Positions 1 to 9,941 of a DNA stretch of 38,289 bases are shown piece by piece. The position numbers and the translations under genes were made by a program. The stretch comes from Nemertoderma westbladi (lineage: Eukaryota > Animalia > Xenacoelomorpha). The stretch is from contig JAUCBJ010004779.1 in NCBI GenBank assembly GCA_032718475.1, positions 1-38,289 on the forward strand. Direction: 5' to 3'. Within the stretch, counting starts at the first letter, position 1. Every line of letters starts with the position of its first letter. The notes under the pieces are model-generated. The model did not search any database. It worked only from the letters and a program-made list of their open reading frames with translations, and was not told the origin of the DNA.

Positions 1-29
1 AACTGTCAAAGGTCTTAAAAGCGCAAACA
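1..29 (+). mobile_element. 3' end (U5 terminus) of a diverged LTR related to the BEL/Pao element at 5558-16966, in opposite orientation; continues outside the window
   Basis: AACTGTCAAAGGTCTT-AAAAGCGCAAACA versus the reverse complement of the LTR start at 5558, AACTGCTAAAGGTCTTCAAAAGCGCGAACA; ends in CA. Confidence 0.7.
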
Positions 30-408
30 GACGTCAGCATGTTCATTTATAGGTGCTAGAAGAGATATAGCAGAAGAGTAAATAGCTTTCCTATTTTAAT
101 TGTTCGAAGCCCCCGAAGGCCCGTAGCACGACCTTCTTTTTCAGTTACCAGTCACCATGCTTCAGTGATTATTTTTTCTATCATCTTTACACTATGCTGC
201 CGCTGGTGAATGCCTACCACTTCATTCGTTCGTGCAATTTTATCACTTATCAATACTGCGTCATCTAATCTGCGTCCCTTAATCAATACTGCGTCATTTT
301 TTGCCTTGTTGTATGTACCGGTATATATTTTAACCAACTTTATAGACATAAAAGTTATACGGATGATAAGATTATAGTTCGAAACTATATTTTTTAAATA
401 AGCATTAA

Positions 409-1071
409 CCCTATTAAATTCGGGGGGCGGGGGGGGGGGGGGGGGGGGGGGGGGTGGGTTCCATATGACCCGCCCCGTGGTTTTTTGTTATAACTCTGAA
501 ACAAACGTAAGTGTAAATCTGAAATTTTATGACTTTTCCTAAAAATATATTGTCTTCCTAATAGTGAAAACCGTTTTCAAAAATATTGGGAAGTTTTCGA
601 GTTATCGCACCATTTTTTAACCCTTCTTTTGGCACTTTTTTTGAGACGTTTTTGAAAATGACATTTCATGAAATCTGATTGTATTTAAGAAATATGATTG
701 TATGAATATTATTTGTAACATCCCTATTTTTAATTTACACCGGTTTTTTGGTGTTTGGAAGTTGATGGAATTCATATAAATTAATTTAGAAATTTCAGAC
801 ATGGATTTTTCGTCGGGTTCCAAATTTTGGTGCCAGCACCAAATGTTGAAATATGTCAATTTTGTAAAATGATTGTTAAACCGGTTTTTTGCGGAATAGG
901 GTTTATTTGGGGTTCTGGTTTCGATAGAATATGTAAGAATTGCACCGGGAGTATCAAACTTTTATATTTTGGGGTTGTTTGTAAAATTTGGTGCCAGCAC
1001 GACATTTTGAAAATCAATTCAATAGTTCAATTGCTTGTGACAACTTCTTTCCCGCGTTTTAGAGGTTTATG
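409..1071. mobile_element. truncated copy (A) of a non-autonomous piggyBac-like DNA transposon, one end only
   Basis: TTAA at 405-408 then CCCTATTAAA plus G-run. Colinear with the start of copy C (34678 onward) and with the reverse complement of the right part of copy B. Similarity stops at TTTAGAGGTTTATG (~1071). Confidence 0.85.
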
Positions 1072-1080
1072 CACCATACA

Positions 1081-2266
1081 GATGATGGAAGAAATACAAG
1101 GCGGATAGGGAGGAGGAAAGGAAGCAGGAAGAGGCCGCTAGGAAAGAGAGGAGGAAGGCAGCAGGCAGAGAGGAAGCAGAAAGAGGACGAGATTACGATT
1201 TTGAGATAGGGCTTGGAGGCCTTGGGTGAGGTTTGGCTGGAAGATGAGATAGAGTGGATGGAGGAAACGCCGATACAGTCGACATCTGGATTGCAGGGGA
1301 TGCCGATACCCATGGGGTCCGAGGGTGAATTCGAAATGAAGAGACCGAGAGCGGCGGAAGGGTGGAGTGTTACGGGTGAGTACCAGGCTGGGAAGGGAAT
1401 ACCGGGTTTGGAACCACTTGTGGTAGAAGAGGTGGAAGGAGACGAGTTTGTGGATATGCCACAGATAGAGAGGATCGGTCGGGTGGACACGGACTGTGTG
1501 GATGGGAGAGTGGTGACAGCTAGTGGGGCGAGAGCGTTCTGGGAACCCCCCGGCAAGCGAGCCTGGGAACATGGAGAGCCAGCGATGAATTTCCCGGCGA
1601 ATACGATTCGGCTGGGCGAGCAACCGGGGACAGCACTACAGGTGGTGTTTGGGGAGACGATGCCGAGGGAGGAAGAGAGGAGAGGGGAGGGAGGACATCG
1701 ACATGGGTGGGGACAACAAGGTGGAGATGTTCACATATCAGCGGCTCCACAGACCCAGGCGTTTGCGTGGAGCCAAGGACGAGTTTGGGCGGCAGACTGT
1801 GATAGACGGCTGTGACTACTGTGGGCGGTTAACCCACCAGCGGAAGAACTGTCTGTATCATTACGAGAAGGGGGCGACATGTCTGTACTGCCATGACTCT
1901 ACCCATATGATGGGCGCATGCCCGGAGCTGCACCATGGATGTGGCAAGTACAGATTTAGGGGGCATTTTTAGCGCCAGTGTGACTGGATGGATGACGAGG
2001 AGAAGTTCTGCATTTACGAGGACTGGGCCGATGTTGCTGTCATGACCAGACAGAGGATGAAGGCCCAGGAGTTCTGGTGGGGGTTCTTTAACATTACCAA
2101 CAGGCCCACCAGTAGATTACCATGGAGGAGACTCCCATTCACCTACCAGGAGGTAGCGACAGTGGCATCACATGGAGGGGTTATTAACACCCAAAGGTAC
2201 CTCGACAGGTGGTCGCCGGAGAATAGGATGGGCAATTCTGCGAGTTTGGGTTTAGAGGTTGAATAA
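1081..2266 (+). pseudogene. degenerate gene for an uncharacterised protein with three CCHC-type zinc knuckles (stops and a frameshift)
   Basis: ORF pieces 1213-1815, 1649-1972 and 1988-2266 join into CDYCGRLTHQRKNC / CLYCHDSTHMMGAC / CGKYRFRGHF*RQC followed by YEDWADVAVMTRQR. GC-rich island; homologous motifs in ORF 6870-7763. Confidence 0.7.
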
Positions 2267-2269
2267 CGG

Positions 2270-2570
2270 TGCTGTCTGTGAGGAGTGGAGGTACTCGTTC
2301 ACCCCTCTTGTTGGCACCACAGATGAGGTCTGGTCCAAGGATGCCGGGATTTTTATAAGGCACCTTGCCAAGACCCTGGTAGCACGGCATGAAGGGATGC
2401 GTCTTTGCGGATACGTGATGGGTGCGTGAGGGGTGGTGTATGCAGAGGCCATCAGTGCGCACTGCTGAGGTCGAACTCATTGTGTTTGTGTGGTGGTTGT
2501 AGACCATGGAGTGGACTTGGATTCGGGGATGGTGCTGGCCTTCGGGGTTCAGACCTTCCAGGCTCCTACT
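2270..2570 (+). mobile_element. 3' fragment of a CRE-clade (restriction-like endonuclease) non-LTR retrotransposon
   Basis: Translates, with frameshifts, as CEEWRYSFTPLVGTTD..FIRHLAKTL..ALLRSNSLCLCGG..LGFGDGAGL. This is the typical CRE C-terminus and is similar to 29465-29760. Confidence 0.75.
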
Positions 2571-2648
2571 AACATTACATATTTTATGTACATATGATCA
2601 ACTGAATTTTTTTATTTTATTTTTAATTGTATCACTGGCGTCGGTTAA

Positions 2649-4228
2649 CCCTATTAGTACCGGGCTATAAAATGTTGTACAAATACCGGGGGGGGGGGGG
2701 GGGGGGGTCACATTGACCCCCCCCCCCCCCCCCTCTAAAATCTACAAATTTTTATGAAATCGTCTGATTTTTTGTTTGTACGTAGGTATCACTAGCCTGG
2801 ACCCGACCGAAAAAAAAAATTTTCGAAAAAATTTACTGGGGTGGTCATATTGCAGCACTAAAATTACAAGTAGTGCACAATTTGCACAAAATTTGAAAGT
2901 TACATTTTTCGGCTAATTGTTTTTCAATACAGGTTTTCTGGGGCGCAAAATACATTGGAAAATATTTAAAAATGATATGATTACTATAAATGGCTGTTTA
3001 GTCCTCTCTGCGTAGGAAAATAATGAAAAAAACAAGTAACCAGCACTTTTCAGTTAGAACACAAAATTTTTAATTCATTTATACGATGCTATAAATTCAC
3101 ATTTTCAGGTTTTCTAGGGCGCTGATTCTAATGGAATACATTTCTAATATGCCAGATCATTGCTACTTGTATTTTTCGGCGTAATATGGCGAATTTTGGT
3201 GCTAGCACCAAATTTCGTACCCATCCCCAAAAAGTACAAGTTTTCCATGTCCAGTGCTGTTTTTATTGATTCCATCGGATACAGGACCCTCATAAACCCG
3301 TATAACGCAGGAAACAAGATGATACTATCTTCTGATCAATTTGCTTAATTTCCAAAATTTGGTGCTGGCACAACAATTTTCACCCACCGGCGAAAAATAC
3401 AAGTTTGAAAACTCTTATGAAATTTTTACTAATTCCATTGAATTCAGAACCGAACCCTCACAAACCCGTATAACGCAAGAAACAAAGTGACACAATTAAT
3501 TTATATATTTGATGGTTTTCAAAATGTGGTGCTAGCACCACATTTTGCACCCACTTCCGAAAAATACAAGTTTGAGATGTCTAGTTCAATAATTATATAT
3601 TCAATTGAATTCAGAACAGCCATAACTAAAACGCAAGAAATAAATTGTCACAAGCAATTTCATCTATTGAATGGATTTTCAAAATTTCGTGCTAGCACCA
3701 AAATTTGCACACAGCACCGAAAAATACAAGTTTGATACGCTTGAGGCAACTCGTATATATTTAATCGAAACCAGAAACCCAAAAAACCCCAATTGCGTAA
3801 TAAACTAGTTTCAAACAATTACTTTACAAAATTGACATTTTTCAAAATTTGGTGCTGGCACCAAAAATTGCCATCCGCCTAAAAAAACAAGTTTGAAATT
3901 TCTAAATCAATTTATATGAATTCCATCCAATTGCAAACACCAAAAAACCGGTGTAAATCAAAAATAGAGATGTTACAATTCATATTTAATGAAATGTAAT
4001 TTTCAAAAAACGTCTCAAAAAAGTGCCAAAATTAGGGTTAAAAAATGGTGCTATAACTCGAAAACTACCAGATATTTTTTAAAACGGTTTTAACTACTAG
4101 GAATACAATAGATTTTTAGGAAAAGTCATAAAATTTCAGATTCCCAACTGCGTTTGTTTCAGAATTATAATAAAAAACCACAACGGGGTCATATTGACCC
4201 CCCCCCCCCCCCCCAGGGTTTAATAGGG
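2649..4228. mobile_element. full-length (1.58 kb) non-autonomous piggyBac-like element, copy B
   Basis: TTAA at 2645-2648 and 4229-4232; CCCTATTA...TAATAGGG termini; subterminal G(n)TCA..TGAC(n) palindromes; no transposase; highly similar to the reverse complement of copy C. Confidence 0.9.
3185..3990. repeat. internal tandem array of about five ~163-bp units, each with a TTTGGTGCTAGCACCAAA-type palindrome
   Basis: Palindromes start at 3195, 3358, 3525, 3685 and 3848 (spacing 163, 167, 160, 163). Flanking AAAATACAAGTTT and AACGCAAGAAA motifs also recur. Confidence 0.9.
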
Positions 4229-4844
4229 TTAAGCAATAACCCATAGTTATCGAGCCACTTCAGAGCACACTTCAAAAATTTTTCGAAGAAATGACGGTTT
4301 TTTTTGTCCGCCGTGTTCGGCGATGGGATAGATTTACAAAAATGTTAGAATTTCGAGTGTCTTAGAATTCCGAATTCCACTCCCTTGGTGCTAAAATAAA
4401 AAAAATCGCCCGTTCCTTCATCGATAAGGCCCCCAGAATCTCAACTAACCATTATATATAATGCATCGATTTTGACTTTGGCTTCTGGAGCTGCTGATGT
4501 ATTCACCTCCCTCACGTCAGCCGTGGCTGCGTCGTGTCTAACGGTAAAATGTTTATCCCACCAAGGTGGACCCACCCCGAAAACATACTTATACGAAAGA
4601 CCACGAGGTAGAGGGAATTCATTAATGAGGTTGAAGAGGGGGTATATATGTATGTATATATACATGTATACATGTATACATGTATGATAGCTCGGTGACT
4701 TTAATTGAGAATGGAAATTAAATTTGATAATTCAAAGTTATATTCTAACAATGGATTCTAGAATTCTTTAATGGGTCAATACCTATAGTTGTCGCAACAA
4801 TAGTAATAAACAGATTCAGCCACGAGCGAATTTTATATCATGAA

Positions 4845-4895
4845 GGGGGGAGTTGATTTGACTGCATAAATGCAGTTCAAACTACTCCCTCCCCC
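4845..4895. repeat. imperfect inverted repeat, possibly the core of an old MITE
   Basis: GGGAGTTGATTTGACTGCAT-AA-ATGCAGTTCAAACTACTCCC; weaker outer arms AACAATAG/CTATTGTT and AGCCAC/GTGGCT. Confidence 0.5.
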
Positions 4896-5557
4896 CTGTT
4901 TCATATATTAGAAGCGATATAATATAAGTTGTGTGAATGCAGTTTAATTGTGTGGCTCATGCGCGATTCCATCTCTATTGTTTAATGTGAAATGATGCTT
5001 TTGGCCCTAAGGTTCCCAGCCCAAAACCAACAGCTACAGTTAAAAGAAAATTCAGCGTATTATTATTATTAAACCATACAGCATCTATTTTAACAAATAA
5101 GAGTAAAATTAAAACTGTTTTTCTATTAAAATCAATTATCTATTTCAGGCCCTTTTTGGACCTTATTACCCATATGTTTTTTGTACCCCCATTCGATACG
5201 AATGTTGTCTTTAAAAATTAACTTTTATTTTTAAAAGTATCCTATTTTACACCCTTCTTTCGATTACCGACATCTGTCGAGCCTGAAACCCTACTTTAGA
5301 GCCGTTAATAAAAAAAACAAGACAATTGTCCATTATTGCATCACTATGGCATAGATTTTATCAGAGACTTACATCCCACAAACTACAAAAACATATAGAA
5401 TTTCGACATTAAGCCCAAAATTAGTACAAAGCCAATACGGCCATCAAAATCGAACAAACATAAATTAAATAAAAAACCAAACATAATGAACTGCTCAACA
5501 CACAGGTGTGTATCACAACTCTACCCTAGACCTACTCGACTTACACTAAATGATACC

Positions 5558-6791
5558 TGTTCGCGCTTTTGAAGACCTTTAGCAGTTTAACCTGCCAAAA
5601 TTTATATGTCTTTTAGTTAATTAACACACCTTTAGCATACGACAATATTTTATGCTAATAAACAAAACATTAGCCGAAGCCAGCCCATGCGCGATCATTC
5701 ACCCGATGGATCTACACCCGGGAGGCTGAATTCGGATGCTTAGATTTTATTATTGCAGTGTAAGGTTGCAGTGTAAACCTATTGTATTATTCGATAGATC
5801 ACTAATATGTAATTTCTGACAGATATTATTAACTTTCGGGAAATATTAACAGTTCCTTTAGGACGTGGCGCTCTATCTATTTAAACAGAGCTAGGACTTA
5901 TACTAAACGCAACGATAAGGCAACGATTAAAGTATAAGTCGCATTCTTTAGGAAATGCTTTGTTACCAGTCACATCACACTCACAATCATGCACACTATT
6001 CTGCCGACCGTCAGTATATTTGATCACACATAAAGAGAACAGCAATTGACTCAGGTAGTGTCTACTAAATAACATTAGATTCAATACACACCACATTGAT
6101 ATAAATCGCAATTGTTATATATAGCCCGCCTCTCTAACCTGTAGTGTATCAAGAAAAATTGGGAATTTTGGGTGATTTATCCGTATTCTCCAAAGAGCAA
6201 TATTTCCATCAACAAATAGATACAATTAATAACTGACGGTAAATAGCAGTACAAACAATATGATTAGTGCAGTTAAATTAAGTGAGGTAACAGCGCCGGT
6301 AACAGTTATACTTTCTATAATCTAAGCAGTTTACTAGAGTTCTTCCCAAAAAGCCGGTGTTTCTGGCTTAGACAGCAATAACAACAAAGTATCAAGTAAA
6401 AACAGTAAGACTGAACACTCTCCTTATGATCGGCCGAAAAGCTACACGTCGACAGGAAAAAACGCTCTGATTGGCTCAAGCCAAACAAAGAACCATGCAT
6501 CCAATGGCTGTTTCCATGTCAGCAACCAGCTGTTAGATGTCGTAATATGAATCATCACGGCTAAGCTGTGAAAGGTATTTGGTGCATTGCAGGTTTTTTG
6601 CCTTACCATGTCCGCTAAAACACGTATATAGCAGAATGACTTTTATGTCCGTTAAAACACCTGTAACGGTACCTTGCGGGCGAGGGGAATATATATACAG
6701 TTAGAGAACCTTTTTAGAGTATTCCAGCGCCTGGGGGGAAACTGGATTGCGAAGCAAAAGGGGCCAGTTATATCCCACAGAAGCTTTTACA
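5558..6791 (-). repeat. 3' LTR (1234 bp)
   Basis: Direct repeat of 15732-16966; TG/CA termini; abuts the PPT. Confidence 0.95.
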
Positions 6792-6799
6792 CCGCTCCC
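6792..6799 (-). promoter_or_regulatory. polypurine tract GGGAGCGG directly abutting the 3' LTR
   Basis: Plus strand CCGCTCCC immediately after the LTR end at 6791. Confidence 0.8.
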
Positions 6800-6869
6800 A
6801 GAAAATGGGATTTAAGTCTATAAAATATACAAAATCACAGTTTCTAAAATATAAAAATACTCTAAACAG

Positions 6870-8318
6870 TTAGTCTTTCTTGCGCGGACGGCGTTTACGC
6901 AGTTTTTTAAAGCTAGCAAGAGTCCTTTTCTCTTTGGGGCGAGCCACTTTACGAGGAGGGCTATAACTCCTGGGTGAAGGGTGCAATATGATTGCATCAG
7001 AAGGTATGGGATTGCGATCGGTATATCCGCCGGTCGAAGTACCGGGTTGATTGACATCAACGTCCGGGGAGAGGGGTCTAACGGCTTTGAGAGCTCGTTT
7101 CAAGACAGCCGCTCTTACGGGTCCTTTACGAGTGGTCTGAACGAGGGCCGTGGGTGGACCATAGGCAGTTAGAAACTTCCTTGGTTTAATGGTTCTTTCC
7201 AACTCGCGTTCGCGGGCTCGGTATTCGTAAGGCCGTCGATATACTTCCTGTAACTCAGGGTGTGAGTTAACAAACAATTCTCCATAGTCCGGATCCTGAC
7301 GGATATGATTGATTAAGTTATAGGAATGAAGGTCGCTAGGATTAACACTCCTGAGAAATTTGCGTACGAATTTGGTTGAAATACATTCTCCGACGCGCTT
7401 CAGTAGCTCGTAACTTGATATGCGTGATTTCTGTTCAACCGAAGCGAATAGATAAGGATGTAACGCATAAACTCTTTCGTAAGCGCGTCCGGGATAATAG
7501 CGATGGCGCGAATCACAATATAAATCAGTGTTCGCTTCCCAAGCTCTGATGTAACGTAGTGTGATCATTTCATCTACGCTCTCTAAATCATGATTAAAGG
7601 GACAATCAAAGCTGGCGTGTCCTTTTAATTGACAATGATGGCATTGAGTCATAAATTGAGGGCAAACCGCAAAAATGTGCAAATTATTAAATCTGCAATA
7701 CGCGCAATAAATTTCCATCGCCGGTTGTTCGGGGAAATAGGAACAGCGGACGTTTGTGTCCATGGGCGTAACATTGTCTCTCGATGCGCATAACCGACAA
7801 CGTTGCCGAGAAACATAGTTGGCATGGCGATAATCGTACGCAGTGAGACACTGTGGACCTTGATACCATTCTAGGATGTAATCGTTGTCGCTGTTCCGAG
7901 CGCGATAGGCTGAATCTCCTCAGATTCTAGACATATTGGTTCGTCTTCCCAGTCTGTTACGAATAGAATTTTCGTGATCTATTCTCGTTTTATCGTTACG
8001 ACGCCGCTGGGTATGATATTTAAATAGAACCATTTCCCTTTCGGTGTCTACATCGTCCGTATCATGTAAATCGATAGGATGGCCGGTAGTTAAGAAGTCC
8101 ATATACGTACCATTACGATGCGTATAGCGAGCGGTTAATTTTCGATAGTCCAATTCACGCGTAAGTTGCTCTTGGGACATCGGCGGTTCGATATAACGAC
8201 CATCATCCTCCGTAATAGTCGGATCGGCTTCACCGCTTATCAAGCTATCCACAAACGCTTGCAAAGGTAGAGTATATCGCTCTCTAATACCAAGGTCATC
8301 TTCTATCAATTCCGTCAT
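6870..8318 (-). CDS. accessory ORF in the env position: zinc-knuckle protein with a basic NLS-like C-terminus; one in-frame TGA at 7920-7922
   Basis: ORFs 7920-8318 and 6870-7763 share a frame and 7764-7919 is open, giving 483 codons with one internal stop. Motifs CRLC, CAYCRFNNLHIFAVC, CHHCQLKGHASFDC and C-terminal KKLRKRRPRKKD. No signal peptide or TM segment seen. Confidence 0.75.
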
Positions 8319-8390
8319 ATCTGCTATCTGAGTTTATTAATATCAATATGAGTTAATATTTTAGGCAAGCGGGCGTCGCTGCCTACTAGA

Positions 8391-8515
8391 CCTTTGCCCC
8401 CGGACAGTGGGTTTCTCAGCGCCGATGTACCGCTGTCGCAGTGTTTACGCCAACATGTAGCAACAGCACGACAACGATAACCGGCACAAGTCCCACCACT
8501 GTCCGTCCCAAAAGC
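8391..8515 (-). other. long RNA stem-loop upstream of the accessory ORF
   Basis: CGGACAGTGG (8401-8410) pairs with CCACTGTCCG (8496-8505). Inner helix ATCGTTGTCG/CGACAGCGGT pairs fully only on the minus strand (two G-U). Confidence 0.65.
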
Positions 8516-9134
8516 TTGAATCCACTTGAGGTTATCTCGGTAGAGTTAGGGCTATTTTACAATTGCGATTAGCTACTGTAAACACACTTTAGTAGTAACA
8601 TTCACCTATAAACGCACAAATTCCATACAATCATTACTTATTGCACACATGCATGCCATTTGTCCGTTAGTCAGTGTCTTCCAGAATGTCACGTTATTAC
8701 TATGTATCCTTGGATACTAATAGTGCGCTATGTATACTCTTATGCTACGCAATGGGGCAAGCTTTTATTGGTCCTTTAACTTGTTTCTAATTCTAGCGTG
8801 GGTGTTGCCATGGTGACATTATGGAAAACTAGCGGTAGAATTAGGGCAATCCTCAGGCATACAGATCTGGGATGTTATTTAATAGTAATTCTTTAATTGT
8901 CAATATCCTCTTTATGCATGATTTTATAAATTTTATCGGCTATTGACTATATGTTGGAGATTCTCACACTCTAGTACACTCAATATGAATCTCCGCTCCC
9001 ATGATCTATTAATTACTGGAATTTTGGGAATGTTATAAATTGTACAAAATGACAATTTATGAAATTCATTTGAATATGAATTTAAATTTATTCCCGTGAA
9101 TTTTATTATTTGATGTTAAATTGACATAAATTTT

Positions 9135-9395
9135 ATTCCAGAGCATATCTGGGGACTTAGGATCCTTAATTCTATAAAATAGTCCTTCTAAGAATATCGG
9201 TAAATACTGCGATATCTTAATTGACTAGAAATTTTAAAGGATCGGGATTTTACAGATTTTAATAAATATTAAATTAATATTTAGGATGGGCACCGATTTA
9301 TTCCAGAACTTGTCTGGGGACGTTAACCACTGATTCTAGAATTTGTCTTTCAAGTATATCGGTGGGTGCCGCGATATCTTAATCGACTAGAATTA
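9135..9395. repeat. two diverged direct repeats (~165-bp period) in the internal non-coding spacer of the LTR element
   Basis: TTCCAGA..TCTGGGGAC..TATCGGT..GCGATATCTTAAT.GACTAGAA at ~9136-9232 and ~9301-9393. Confidence 0.7.
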
Positions 9396-9941
9396 CAGAT
9401 GGTCAAAAGGTTTAACAGCTTTATTTGCGTTTTACGCTACTGTTAGAGGGACATCACGCTACTATATGTATTATTTGTTATAAGGTAGAAGAGCAATATC
9501 GCACGAAGCAATGTCAGTGTGAAGAGGCAAGTCGTTTCCAAGGTCTACCCAGAGCTTGGTTTAGCCGAGACACGAGGATCTGAACTTTGCATTCCTAATA
9601 CTCTGCCTACCAATAATACTTGAATATAGTAGTGGCTTTATTGTACTTTAATAAGTACTGACATGTCATCTTACTATAGTCTCGCATTTATAATATAATA
9701 CGGACAGTAAGGAAAGAGAAAAATAATTATTTCTTGCCGTCGCACTAAATATATTATAAGTAATTAAGTACGTAATAAACACTAATATATTGCACTAATT
9801 TACTAAATAATCGCTAAAATAACATTCTACTAAATAAAATTAAAGAAAACGATTATAATAAAATTACGTAATAATACATACATAAATATAAAATAAAAAC
9901 AAATATAAAATGATATAGTCACACACCCACTCCATATGTTA

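Noticed and set aside
1059-1750. Minus-strand Ser/Pro-rich ORFs
   Set aside because: Antisense shadows of the purine-rich plus-strand coding region
1058-2260. 10-bp direct repeat TTTAGAGGTT around the Zn-knuckle segment as a TSD
   Set aside because: MITE homology continues 4 nt past the first copy and does not resume after the second; probably chance
3185-3990. Regularly spaced palindromes resembling a CRISPR array
   Set aside because: The intervening sequences are homologous to each other, the period is ~163 bp, there are no cas genes, and the array is inside a eukaryotic TTAA transposon
5881-6500. Duplicated small ORFs (also at 16077-16675)
   Set aside because: Incidental frames inside the two LTRs with no recognisable motifs
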